64,000 bases of DNA, from assembly GCA_963667175.2 (NCBI GenBank), contig CAXXXF010000016.1:434256-498255 (forward strand), written 5' to 3'. Within the stretch, counting starts at the first letter, position 1, and each line of letters starts with the position of its first letter. Shown in pieces: positions 20,986 to 30,718 of this stretch. The DNA comes from Candidatus Latescibacterota bacterium. GTDB taxonomy: Bacteria; Latescibacterota; UBA2968; GCA-2709665. The notes beneath the pieces were generated by a model, which worked only from the letters and a program-made list of their open reading frames with translations, was not told the DNA's origin and did no database searches. The position numbers and the translations under genes are program-made.

Positions 20986-22443
20986 TTGGCAGTCTCCGGG
21001 AAGCCACTGAACGAACGGCCCGCCCACGAACTGACGGCGTCGATTCTGTCGGGAAGGGTAACTTCCAGACAGCTGGTCGAGGCCGTTTTTCGTTGCATTC
21101 GGGCGACGAATCCGACGCTCAACACATACGTCACCCTGAATGAATCAGAGGCGATCCGCAAGGCGGAGGAAGTAGACGCCAGAATATCGGCAGGAAATCC
21201 GGTCGGTCCGCTGGCGGGTATTCCCGTTGCGCTTAAAGACCTGCTTTGCACCAGAGGATTGCTCACCACCGCGGGTTCCCGCATCCTCGAAAATTTCGTT
21301 CCGCCCTACGACGCCACGTCCGTCGAACGCCTCCGCGATGCCGACGCGGTTATCGTTGGCAAACTCAATCTGGACGAGTTTGCCATGGGGTCATCAAACG
21401 AAAACTCGGCGTACGGTCCGGCGCGAAATCCCCACGATCCGGCGCGTGTGCCGGGAGGTTCCAGCGGCGCCAGCGCCGCCAGCGTGGCCGCGAACCAGAC
21501 CGTGCTGGCCCTGGGCACGGATACCGGTGGCTCCATTCGCCTTCCCGCCTCCTTCTGCGGCGTGGTCGGTCTCAAGCCCACCTACGGCCGGGTCTCCCGC
21601 TACGGCCTCATTGCGTACGCGTCTTCCCTGGACCAGATTGGCCCCGTGGCACGGAACGTGACGGATGCAGCGCTCCTCCTGAACGTCATTGCCGGGCACG
21701 ACCCGCGAGACTCCACGTCCGTGGACCTGCCAGCGCCGGACTACACGGCGGGCCTCGATGCGGGTGTCGCCGGCCGGACCGTGGGTCTTCCAACGGGGTA
21801 TTTCGGGGACGGGCTGGACGAAGAGGTACGGGCGTCGGTATTCCGAGGCGTTGAAGTCCTGAAAGACGCCGGCGCGGAAATCCGGGAGATCGACCTCCCC
21901 ATCGCGTGCCATCCGGCCTACTCGATTGCCGCCTACTACATCATCGCCACGGGTGAGGCATCTTCGAACCTCTCCCGGTACGACGGCGTCAAGTACGGCA
22001 GTCGAACGGAAGGTGACGATCTGATCGACATGTATTGCCGGACCCGAAGCGCAGGGTTCGGCGCGGAAGTCAAACGCCGCATCATGCTTGGCGCCTACGC
22101 CCTCAGCGCGGGCTACTACGATGCCTATTACCTGAAAGCTCAGCGGGTGCGCACGCTCGTCAAGGGGGATTTCGACGGCGCCTTCGAATCCTGCGACCTG
22201 CTCGCCGCGCCCGTTTCGCCCACACCGGCTTTCCCCATTGGCGAAAAGACCGATGACCCGCTCCAGATGTACCTCTCCGACATCTACACCGTCTCCGTCA
22301 ACCTGGCGGGCATTCCGGCCATCTCGGTCCCCTGCGGCCTTTCGGGCGAGGGTTTGCCAATCGGTCTGCAACTGTTGGCGCCGGCGTTCAAGGAAGAGAA
22401 CCTGCTCAGGGCCGCCTACGTGGTCGAACAGGAACTGACCTGA
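20986..22443 (+). CDS. gatA: Asp/Glu-tRNA amidotransferase subunit A
   Basis: [55 protein letters not shown]; TTG start after GGAGG. Confidence 0.95.
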   Translation: MAVSGKPLNERPAHELTASILSGRVTSRQLVEAVFRCIRATNPTLNTYVTLNESEAIRKAEEVDARISAGNPVGPLAGIPVALKDLLCTRGLLTTAGSRILENFVPPYDATSVERLRDADAVIVGKLNLDEFAMGSSNENSAYGPARNPHDPARVPGGSSGASAASVAANQTVLALGTDTGGSIRLPASFCGVVGLKPTYGRVSRYGLIAYASSLDQIGPVARNVTDAALLLNVIAGHDPRDSTSVDLPAPDYTAGLDAGVAGRTVGLPTGYFGDGLDEEVRASVFRGVEVLKDAGAEIREIDLPIACHPAYSIAAYYIIATGEASSNLSRYDGVKYGSRTEGDDLIDMYCRTRSAGFGAEVKRRIMLGAYALSAGYYDAYYLKAQRVRTLVKGDFDGAFESCDLLAAPVSPTPAFPIGEKTDDPLQMYLSDIYTVSVNLAGIPAISVPCGLSGEGLPIGLQLLAPAFKEENLLRAAYVVEQELT

Positions 22444-23909
22444 TGAGATACGAATCCGTCATCGGTCTGGAGGTCCACGCGCAGCTTGCCACGCAGACCA
22501 AGATATTCTGCGGTTGCAGCGTGTCGTACGGCGCCGAAGCCAATTCGCGCACCTGTCCGGTCTGCCTGGGGCTGCCCGGCGCGCTGCCGGTGTTGAACAG
22601 GGAGGCGGTCGAGCACACCATTCGCATTGCCCTGGCGGTTGGCTGCACCGTCCAGAGCCGAAGCCGCTTTCTGAGGAAGAACTATTTCTACCCCGATCTG
22701 CCGAAGGGGTATCAGATTTCGCAGTTCCAGTCCAACGAGGAAATGCCGCTGGCCACGGGAGGCCGTATCGAGATCCCGTCCGGCAGCGGCACAAAGACCA
22801 TTCGCCTCATCCGCATCCACATGGAAGAAGACGCGGGCAAGAGCATCCACGACGAGGCGTTTGTCGCCGCCGGCGAGTCACTGGTGGACGTCAACCGTTG
22901 CGGGGTCCCGCTCATCGAACTCGTCAGCGAACCGGACATCGCGACGCCGGAAGAAGCCTCCCTCTTCATGACCCGCCTGCGACAGCTGCTGATCTACACG
23001 GGAGTTTCGGAAGGAGACATGGAAAAGGGCCACATCCGCATCGACGCCAACGTATCGATCCGGCCGGACGGCGCCACCGGACTCGGCGCCAAGGTCGAGA
23101 TCAAAAATATGAACTCCATACGCAACTGCCGGCGGGCCCTCGAAGCCGAAATCCTGCGCCAGATCGACACGCTGGAGACCGGCGGCGACGTCATGCAGGA
23201 AACCCTGCTCTACGATCCCGACCGCAACCGGCTGCGCACGATGCGCGGCAAGGAGTCCTCCGACGACTACCGCTATTTCCCAGAGCCCGATCTGGTTCCG
23301 GTCGTCGTCGATCCGGAATGGACGGACCGGATCCAAGCCACCGTTCCCGAACTGCCGGAAGCGAAACGCACCCGTTTCGAGCTCGCGTACGGGCTGAGAA
23401 CAGACCAGATCGACACCCTGATCGCCGACCGGAAAATGGCCGATTACTATGAAGCCGCCGTGTCGGCCGGGGCAGAGCCCGCCACGGCCGCAAACTGGGT
23501 CCACGGCGACGTCCTCCGGACTCTCAACGAACGAAAAATCGACGTCGATCAACTCAAAGCCGCCCCCGCAGATCTTGCGGCGCTGCTCAAGTTGATCGAA
23601 GGCGGCGTCATCAGCGCGAGCGTCGGGAGGACCGTATTCGCCCGGATGGCCGAAACCGGCGACGCACCCGAAGCCGTCGTCGAACGGCAGGGTCTCGCGC
23701 AGATCAGCGATTCGTCCCGGATCGACGGCCTGATCGAAACGGTGATTTCACAGCACCCCGACGCCGTCGAGAGATACAGGAGAGGCGACGCAAAGCTGCT
23801 GGGTTTCTTCATGGGGCAGATCATGAAGGCCACAAGAGGCCAGGCGAACCCCGGCATGGCGAATCGGCTGTTGCGGGAGAAGCTGGCGCCCAGACCCCCG
23901 TCCTCCTGA
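22443..23909 (+). CDS. gatB: Asp/Glu-tRNA amidotransferase subunit B
   Basis: VIGLEVH, RKNYFYPDLPKGYQISQ, HMEEDAGK, YRYFPEPDL, C-terminal GFFMGQIMK. Confidence 0.97.
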   Translation: MRYESVIGLEVHAQLATQTKIFCGCSVSYGAEANSRTCPVCLGLPGALPVLNREAVEHTIRIALAVGCTVQSRSRFLRKNYFYPDLPKGYQISQFQSNEEMPLATGGRIEIPSGSGTKTIRLIRIHMEEDAGKSIHDEAFVAAGESLVDVNRCGVPLIELVSEPDIATPEEASLFMTRLRQLLIYTGVSEGDMEKGHIRIDANVSIRPDGATGLGAKVEIKNMNSIRNCRRALEAEILRQIDTLETGGDVMQETLLYDPDRNRLRTMRGKESSDDYRYFPEPDLVPVVVDPEWTDRIQATVPELPEAKRTRFELAYGLRTDQIDTLIADRKMADYYEAAVSAGAEPATAANWVHGDVLRTLNERKIDVDQLKAAPADLAALLKLIEGGVISASVGRTVFARMAETGDAPEAVVERQGLAQISDSSRIDGLIETVISQHPDAVERYRRGDAKLLGFFMGQIMKATRGQANPGMANRLLREKLAPRPPSS

Positions 23910-23929
23910 CTGCAAAGCCGACGGCAACC

Positions 23930-24616
23930 GTGAGCAATCATCTCGTTATCTTCGCCAAAAACCCCGTTCCCGGCGCGGTCAAGACGCGCCTCCATCCCAG
24001 GTACACACCGACACAGGCGGCGGCGATCTACCGTGCCTTCGTCCTGGATACCGTGGACGCTGCGATGCAGGCCCGCGTGGACCTGCGCTGCGTTGCCTTC
24101 GATCCGCCGGGAGCGGAAGTCGAACTCGGCGATCTGGCCGGTCCTGGTTGGGTACTCTTCGCCCAGGTCTCCGGCGACCTGGGCGAACGCATGTACCTGG
24201 CGGCACGCCACTGTTTCGACCTGGGCGCGCGGCGCGTCGTGGTCTTGGGAACCGACGTTCCTTCGCTGCCGCCCAGCCGCATCGATCGTGCATTCGAACT
24301 CCTGGAAGCCAACGAGATCGTACTCGGACCCAGCATGGATGGCGGGTACTATCTCGTTGGCCTCTCACGACCGGTCCGGGAGATCTTCCGCGACATCGCG
24401 TGGAGCACCGCCCGGGTGTTCGCGCAGACGCTTGAGCGGGCCAGGGCCGCCGGTCTCGCCGTTGGCGTTCTTCCGTCGTGGCACGACGTGGACACGCCCC
24501 GGCAGCTGGATTATCTCGTCGACCACGCGCGCGCGCATCTCCACGCCGGCACGGTCGACCCCATTCCTCACACCCGCGCCTGCCTCTCGACCATCGACGG
24601 GCCCGCTGGACCGTGA
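23930..24616 (+). CDS. DUF2064/TIGR04282-family glycosyltransferase-like protein
   Basis: FAKNPVPGAVKTRL, GDLGERM, GTDVP, LGPSMDGGYYLVG, DVDT. Confidence 0.88.
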   Translation: MSNHLVIFAKNPVPGAVKTRLHPRYTPTQAAAIYRAFVLDTVDAAMQARVDLRCVAFDPPGAEVELGDLAGPGWVLFAQVSGDLGERMYLAARHCFDLGARRVVVLGTDVPSLPPSRIDRAFELLEANEIVLGPSMDGGYYLVGLSRPVREIFRDIAWSTARVFAQTLERARAAGLAVGVLPSWHDVDTPRQLDYLVDHARAHLHAGTVDPIPHTRACLSTIDGPAGP

Positions 24617-24651
24617 CGGCAGACGGCGATGCCGCCGCAAGGGAAACCAGG

Positions 24652-25794
24652 ATGACAATCAAACGCATCGAACAGTTTTTCCCGCGTCCTCGCACCCGCC
24701 TGCTGAAAATTTCGACCGATAACGGCCTCGAGGGCTGGGGAGAAACCACCCTGGAGGGCAGACCCGGAAGCACCGTTGCCGCGGTGGAGGAACTGTCAGC
24801 CTATCTCATAGGCAAAGACCCGCTCCGGATCCAGCACCACTGGCAGCATATCTACCGTTCAGCGTTCTACCGAGGAGGCGCTGTCCTCATGACCGCGCTG
24901 TCGGGCATCGACCAGGCGCTGTGGGATATCGCGGGCAAGTACTATGGCGTACCCGTATACCGGTTGCTCGGAGGCCCGGTGAGGGACCGGATCCGGGTCT
25001 ACGCCCACTGGGGAATCGGCGGCCTCACGGAGGACGAACAGGCCGCATCGAGACAACGCCTGGACAGTCTCCGGAAAAAGGGCGGTTACAAGGCGTTCAA
25101 GACCGGGCCCGGGGGCAAGTGGCGTGCCCACGAACCTCCCGCCGTTATCGATGAATTCGTCCGCCGCGCCTACATGATGCGGGAGTGGGTCGGGCCCGAC
25201 GTGGAGCTCTGTTTCGATTTTCACGGAAAAATGACACCGGCACTGGCGGTCGAAATCTGTCAGGAACTCAGAGGCATGCGGCCGATGTTTGTGGAAGAAC
25301 CCGTACCACAGGAGAACGTGGATGCGCTGAAACACGTCTCCGACAGGGTCCCCTTTCCCGTCGCCACGGGCGAGCGGCTGCTCAGCAGGTGGGAGTTCCG
25401 GCGCGTCTTCGAAAACCAGGCCGCCGCGTACATCCAGCCGGACGTTTCTCACGCCGGCGGTATTTCGGAAACCCTCAGAATCGCCAATATGGCCGAAGTC
25501 TACTACATGCACGTCATGCCCCATTGCGCCATCGGACCCGTTGCGTTCTCGTCGTGCCTGCACGTCGACGCCGCCGTGCCCAACTTTCTGATTCAGGAGC
25601 AGGTCGACGCGTGTCTTGGAGAAGGCCTGCTGATGCAACCCTGGCAGGTGAACGACGGTCACGTCCCGCTTCCGGCCGGGCCCGGCCTCGGCATTGAACC
25701 CGACGAACGCGAAGTGCGCAAGATGAGCGACTACACGGAGGAACTGGGAGGTGAATATTACCACCCGTCCGACGGGAGTGTGGCGGACTGGTAG
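24652..25794 (+). CDS. dgoD: Galactonate dehydratase-like enzyme (mandelate racemase/enolase superfamily)
   Basis: ALSGIDQALWDIAGK, DFHG, FVEEP, ATGERL, QPDVSHAGGI, PHC; substrate not proven. Confidence 0.75.
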   Translation: MTIKRIEQFFPRPRTRLLKISTDNGLEGWGETTLEGRPGSTVAAVEELSAYLIGKDPLRIQHHWQHIYRSAFYRGGAVLMTALSGIDQALWDIAGKYYGVPVYRLLGGPVRDRIRVYAHWGIGGLTEDEQAASRQRLDSLRKKGGYKAFKTGPGGKWRAHEPPAVIDEFVRRAYMMREWVGPDVELCFDFHGKMTPALAVEICQELRGMRPMFVEEPVPQENVDALKHVSDRVPFPVATGERLLSRWEFRRVFENQAAAYIQPDVSHAGGISETLRIANMAEVYYMHVMPHCAIGPVAFSSCLHVDAAVPNFLIQEQVDACLGEGLLMQPWQVNDGHVPLPAGPGLGIEPDEREVRKMSDYTEELGGEYYHPSDGSVADW

Positions 25795-25853
25795 GTGGGC
25801 CCGACATTGCCGGTGAACAGCGACGCCGCGGCACAGGCCGGCGACCGCGTGGG

Positions 25854-27131
25854 TCACTCTTCCGACTGTCGCCAGTATCGCCGGATCGGTACCGGCACGA
25901 TCGTCGTCTCCCAGTAGTCCTCGGGCAGGTCCTGCCACCGCGCCATGCTCCGGGCGTCCGCGTCCCAGACCAACTCGCCTTTGCGGAGCGTCAGCTTGCA
26001 CACCAGACGCTCGTTCCCGTCCATCCGCCCCCATCCGCAGTCCCGGAAGGAAAACGCTCCCTCGAGGCGCGAGAACACCGCGACGTCGGCCTCCGCCCCG
26101 ACGCCGAGCGTGCCCAGGTCCGGCCGGCGAATCGCCTTCGCCGGCGTTGCCGTGGACCGGTAGATCACCTCCCGCAGGGGCATTCCCATCAGGAGGCACT
26201 TGGACATCACGTCGGTCATGCTGACCACGGACCCGTGGATATTTCCGGTATGCAGGTCCGTGCTGATGGAGTCCGGCGAAAACCCGTCCGCAATGGCGGG
26301 AACGCCGTTGCGGTACCAGAAACTCGCCGCGCCGTGGCCCAGGTCGAACCAGACACCCCGATCCCTGGCCTCGAACATATGGTCCCGGACCCGCCCGTTA
26401 TCGTCCACGACGGGAAACTGCCGGGCGAAAACGTGCGTGTGAATGTCCCCGGGACGCAGCTTCCGCAGGATCAGATCCTGGTAGGACCGCTCAGGCGGAC
26501 GGGGCCAGAAGTCGACCATCACCGGCATCTCGCACAGGTCGCCCGCCTCGACCGCCCGCTCGACGGACGCCCAGGGAGGATGGTTGTCGTCGAACGGTCC
26601 TCGCGGCCAGTAGTGGGCTGTCTTGATGCCCACGACCACGTCCCCGTGATCCGCCGCCGCCGCCGCCGCGCCCGCGGCGTCGAACGTGCGGATATCCTGC
26701 TCCGAACTTCCCATTCCCGGAGCGGAGACGTTGACAAGAGCCAGAATCCGGCAGATCTTTTTCTCCATCACAGTCTGCCTGAAATGCGCGATTTCCTCAC
26801 ATCCCGCGGTTCCGGTATCCACGCAGGTCGTCACTCCGTCGCTCAGAAAATGCGCATCCGCGTTCAGACTGCTGGTGAATTTTCCGGACCCCGGGTCCAG
26901 CCTGGTGTCGTAGGCATGGACGTGAATGTCCACCAGCCCGGGCGTGACCAGCAGGCCCGATACGTCGATGACGCGCGATGCCCGGTCCGCGGCGATCCGG
27001 TCCGAAACTTCGGCGATTTTTCCGCTCCGAATGCCAACGTCACGGTTACCTTCGACGTCATTCGCGGGATCGATGACGTACCCGCCCTTCAGCAACAAAT
27101 CCAACCGAACATCCTCCCGGACAGTCTCCAT
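25854..27131 (-). CDS. Metal-dependent amidohydrolase/deacetylase (dihydroorotase-like)
   Basis: TPGLVDIHVH, GVTTCVDTG, LRPGDIHTH, DLGHG, ISTDLH, GTLGVGAEADV; start at METVRE. Confidence 0.88.
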   Translation of the reverse strand: METVREDVRLDLLLKGGYVIDPANDVEGNRDVGIRSGKIAEVSDRIAADRASRVIDVSGLLVTPGLVDIHVHAYDTRLDPGSGKFTSSLNADAHFLSDGVTTCVDTGTAGCEEIAHFRQTVMEKKICRILALVNVSAPGMGSSEQDIRTFDAAGAAAAAADHGDVVVGIKTAHYWPRGPFDDNHPPWASVERAVEAGDLCEMPVMVDFWPRPPERSYQDLILRKLRPGDIHTHVFARQFPVVDDNGRVRDHMFEARDRGVWFDLGHGAASFWYRNGVPAIADGFSPDSISTDLHTGNIHGSVVSMTDVMSKCLLMGMPLREVIYRSTATPAKAIRRPDLGTLGVGAEADVAVFSRLEGAFSFRDCGWGRMDGNERLVCKLTLRKGELVWDADARSMARWQDLPEDYWETTIVPVPIRRYWRQSEE

Positions 27132-27310
27132 ATTTCCACGCTCCTTTATTGTGAGTTTCCCGGCTTTCCGCCCGTCCACTAGAATTTTGAAATTACACCT
27201 CGGTACGTTATATTGTAGGCCCTTGCTCGAAGTCGCGCGCGTTCGGCGCAACCGCCGGCAGGAATTGAATCAAACGGGACTCAGCCCGGCACATTTGCGA
27301 AGGAATTAGC

Positions 27311-27853
27311 GTGAAGCGGAAGAAGCTCGGACTCAATAAATATCAGAAGCGAGCCTTCAGAATCGGGGAAGCGCGCGTCAACGGCGAAAGTATCGGTAGG
27401 CTGATCGACCTCTCCCGCAGCCCCAACCCGGTAGATCGCGAAACCGCCGCCAGATTCCTGTGCCCCTGCCACGTCCGGCGCCGCCGGCAAGACGTCTGGG
27501 ACGCGCTTTACCGGATGCTCGAAGACCCCGATCGGCGTGTGCGCAAGGCCGCGTGGCACACCCTGGAAGACGGCGGGAGACCGGACGACCCCGCTTTGGA
27601 TTCCATATTCGAACGTGCGGCACAGGAAGATTCCGAAAAGGGAATTCGACTGCAGGCTGGCGCCTATCTGAAGGCACGTCGGGGATCTGCAGACGCCGCA
27701 CTTCAGGCGGATGCCGAAGCCGGTTACCGAATACGCGGCAAGTGCGACTTCTGCGGTTCAACGGATGTATTCGTAAAAACAGACATTGGAACCGAAATCC
27801 CTGACGACGGGCGGATGCGCTTCAGTCTCGTCTGCGAGGCCTGCGACAACTGA
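27311..27853 (+). CDS. HEAT-repeat protein with CPCH motif and C-terminal Cys4 ribbon
   Basis: LYRMLEDPDRRVRKAAWHTL HEAT-like unit; LCPCH; CDFC...CEAC. Confidence 0.7.
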   Translation: MKRKKLGLNKYQKRAFRIGEARVNGESIGRLIDLSRSPNPVDRETAARFLCPCHVRRRRQDVWDALYRMLEDPDRRVRKAAWHTLEDGGRPDDPALDSIFERAAQEDSEKGIRLQAGAYLKARRGSADAALQADAEAGYRIRGKCDFCGSTDVFVKTDIGTEIPDDGRMRFSLVCEACDN

Positions 27854-27881
27854 GTCCCGCGTCCGGAACGGAGGACGAAGC

Positions 27882-28673
27882 ATGCAGATCATTGTCCGAA
27901 ACGAAGACGATCTCAAGGACCGCTGGAACAGGCTTCAGAACTTTCTCTTCGACCCTGAATACTTCAAGTTTGACATGGAGTTCCCCTCCGCCGAGGAGAT
28001 CGTGGACATTCTCCGAAGGGACAGTCAGGCACGAATCAACGTTCCCGGCGACCTTCCGGAGGAGGAAGAAATCGAGAAGCGTGAGGAATTCAAAACGCTG
28101 CCCATCGCCGACGTCATCGACCGCCCCTTCTCGCTGGCCCACTTTCACCTTCAGAGCTTCTACGGCGAAGGTCAGTTCCTGCGGGACTTCCAGAAGAAGG
28201 TGATGATTCCGTGGCGCACCTTTCTGGCGTCGAGCGGATTCACCTGGCAACGGTGTTATCCCATTATTTTCATTTCCGGGAGGCATTGCAGTTCTTCCTA
28301 CCACATGGACACGTCGCACGTCGTTGCCTGGCAGGTCTGGGGGGTAAAATACTTCAATGCATTCAAAGATCCCTACAAATATGCGCCCCTGGATGACGCC
28401 GTCAACAACCGCGAGTCACTCAGAGGGCCAGACGGGCCGCCGGAACACGATCCCGGCGACGTTCTTAGCTATAAAATGGAAAAGGGCGACCTGCTCTGGA
28501 ATCAGTTGCTCACCCCCCACTGGGTTCCCGCGGGGGACAGCGTTGCCGTTAGCGTCAACATTTCGCACGGCGGCATCGCTTTTGGCGGGCAGTTCAGCCC
28601 CAACGAAACGGCCCTGAGAAAACGCTGGGAAGCCCATCCAAGGGAAGCGTGGCTCGTGGATACCCGCTACTGA
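27882..28673 (+). CDS. JmjC/cupin-fold Fe(II)/2-oxoglutarate oxygenase-like protein
   Basis: YHMD...WQVWGVK...GDLLW...TPHWV (HxD...H triad); ATG after GGAGG. Confidence 0.7.
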   Translation: MQIIVRNEDDLKDRWNRLQNFLFDPEYFKFDMEFPSAEEIVDILRRDSQARINVPGDLPEEEEIEKREEFKTLPIADVIDRPFSLAHFHLQSFYGEGQFLRDFQKKVMIPWRTFLASSGFTWQRCYPIIFISGRHCSSSYHMDTSHVVAWQVWGVKYFNAFKDPYKYAPLDDAVNNRESLRGPDGPPEHDPGDVLSYKMEKGDLLWNQLLTPHWVPAGDSVAVSVNISHGGIAFGGQFSPNETALRKRWEAHPREAWLVDTRY

Positions 28674-28816
28674 CGGGGTGCGACCAAACCGGCGAGACCT
28701 GCTGCTGCCGGAATCGCCTCCAAGCCGGAAATCTCGCGCAGGCGATTCCGGCATCGGTTCCGGGCGAAACTACAGACGTCGGCGGCGGTCACGGTCGTTT
28801 AATTCTCGAAAACCAA

Positions 28817-29647
28817 ATGGCGTACGAAAAACCAGACGCGCCTCCGGTTTCAGGATGGCAGCGGCGTCTACGGAACCTCTTTTTTGAATCGGACACGCCC
28901 ACGGGACGCCGGTTCGCCCTCGTGCTCATCTCCAGCATCGTCCTGAGCGTGCTGACCGTGATGCTGGACAGCATCGACGCGGTCCGGGAGTCCCATGGCG
29001 GCCTGCTTTATGGACTCGAATGGTTCTTTACAGTCCTATTCACACTCGAGTATTTCATGCGGCTGATCTGCGTTGGCCGCACGTTGCGTTATGCGTCTTC
29101 GTTCTTCGGCGTCGTGGACCTGCTTGCAATCATCCCCACGTACATCAGTCTGCTCCTGCCGGGCAGCCAATATCTGGTGGTCATCCGCGTCCTCCGCGTA
29201 CTGCGCGTTTTTCGCGTCCTTAAACTGGTGCAGTACATGGACGCGGCCCGAATGATGGCCCGCGCAGTCCACTCGAGTTACAGGAAGGTTGCCGTTTTTG
29301 CGGTTACGGTGATGACGGCAGTCGTTATCCTCGGCTCCCTGATGTACATCATTGAAACACCTGAGAACGGCTTTACCAGCATACCCCGGAGCATCTATTG
29401 GGCCATCGTGACCCTCACGACCGTCGGATACGGTGATATTTCCCCGAAAACCGCACCCGGCCAAATCCTTGCGACCGTTGTCATGTTGCTGGGCTTCAGC
29501 ATAATCGCAGTGCCCTCCGGAATCCTGTCGGTCGAAATCTTCCAGGCCTCGAAAGGCCGGTCCGCCGCACGGTACTGCCCGGGATGTAACGCCGAGACCC
29601 GTGAGGCCGATGCGAACTATTGTCGATATTGCGGCACGAGATTATAG
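28817..29647 (+). CDS. Voltage-gated potassium channel (6-TM)
   Basis: S4 RVLRVLRVFRVLK, selectivity filter TTVGYGD, C-terminal CPGC...CRYC. Confidence 0.93.
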   Translation: MAYEKPDAPPVSGWQRRLRNLFFESDTPTGRRFALVLISSIVLSVLTVMLDSIDAVRESHGGLLYGLEWFFTVLFTLEYFMRLICVGRTLRYASSFFGVVDLLAIIPTYISLLLPGSQYLVVIRVLRVLRVFRVLKLVQYMDAARMMARAVHSSYRKVAVFAVTVMTAVVILGSLMYIIETPENGFTSIPRSIYWAIVTLTTVGYGDISPKTAPGQILATVVMLLGFSIIAVPSGILSVEIFQASKGRSAARYCPGCNAETREADANYCRYCGTRL

Positions 29648-30620
29648 GCTGCTGACCGTGCTCGTCGTCGCGGGGATGGCGGCCGTCCTTTATCTCCCGG
29701 CATCCGGGACGCCGGAACAGCGGGCGGCGGACCTGTGCGCCGGCGCCGAAACCGCGCAAAGACACGGAGACGACGAATCGGCGATTGCGACCTACCGGGA
29801 AGCCGTCGGCATTCACTCTGAATCCGTTTGTGCACGCCTGGGCCTTGCAGGCCTTCTGACTGAAAGGCGAAGATTCTCCGAAGCAATGGAAACTCTGCAG
29901 GCGGTATCACCCGCCCTGTTGCGTCCCGGGGAGTGGATGGAATATGCGCGCGCCCTTAGAGACGCACGGGCTGACAGCGAGGCCGAGTCTGCATATCTTA
30001 CGGCCTCCGCAAGAATGCCGGAGGATCCAGGTCCCGCCCTGGAGTTGGCCGAATTTTACCTCTCTGCGGGAAGACTCGACAGCGCAGAATCCCGGTTCCG
30101 GCGCGCAAGGTCTCTGGACGGCGATCCCGGCGCGATTCACGCCGGCATGGGGCGCACGTTCGTCAGTCGCGGCGAACTCGACTCGGCTGCTGTCCGCTTC
30201 CGGCTTGCGCTTCAGGAAGACCCGGCAGACGTCGAATTGCTCTGCGACACCGCCCGGAACGAGCTCCAGCGAAAGCGGCCGGGCGCCGGCTTGCGCTATC
30301 TCCGCGGCGCCGTCGCACTGGACCCGTATCTGCCTCGCGCACGGTACCTGCTGGGACGGACGCTGCTCGCACTCGGGCATGAAGAGGAAGCCCGGGCTCA
30401 ACTGGACGTCTTCGACCGCCAGAACAGGCTGGCCCTTCGCATACGCGTACTGAAACATCGCGTTGCCGAGAACCCGACGGCGGAAGACTATCAGGCGCTG
30501 TCTCACCTTTACAGTCTGACGGGACGGGACAGCCTGGCGTCGTCGTGCCTTCAGCGGGCCACCGCGCTGAATCCGCTGGCAACCGCGCCTCACGAGGCCC
30601 AGGGCGCCGTCCGCTTCTGA
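29601..30620 (+). CDS. Tetratricopeptide-repeat protein with N-terminal membrane anchor
   Basis: Repeated TPR-like units (e.g. AVALDPYLPRARYLLG); hydrophobic N-terminus; start uncertain. Confidence 0.75.
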   Translation: MRPMRTIVDIAARDYRLLTVLVVAGMAAVLYLPASGTPEQRAADLCAGAETAQRHGDDESAIATYREAVGIHSESVCARLGLAGLLTERRRFSEAMETLQAVSPALLRPGEWMEYARALRDARADSEAESAYLTASARMPEDPGPALELAEFYLSAGRLDSAESRFRRARSLDGDPGAIHAGMGRTFVSRGELDSAAVRFRLALQEDPADVELLCDTARNELQRKRPGAGLRYLRGAVALDPYLPRARYLLGRTLLALGHEEEARAQLDVFDRQNRLALRIRVLKHRVAENPTAEDYQALSHLYSLTGRDSLASSCLQRATALNPLATAPHEAQGAVRF

Positions 30621-30718
30621 CCTCGTCGTTTCACGAAAATGCGTCCCTCGGGTCGGCGCCTTCTTCCCCACGCCGGACGTCGGGCAACCCGAACCGCGTT
30701 CGAGAAAACGCCCATCTC

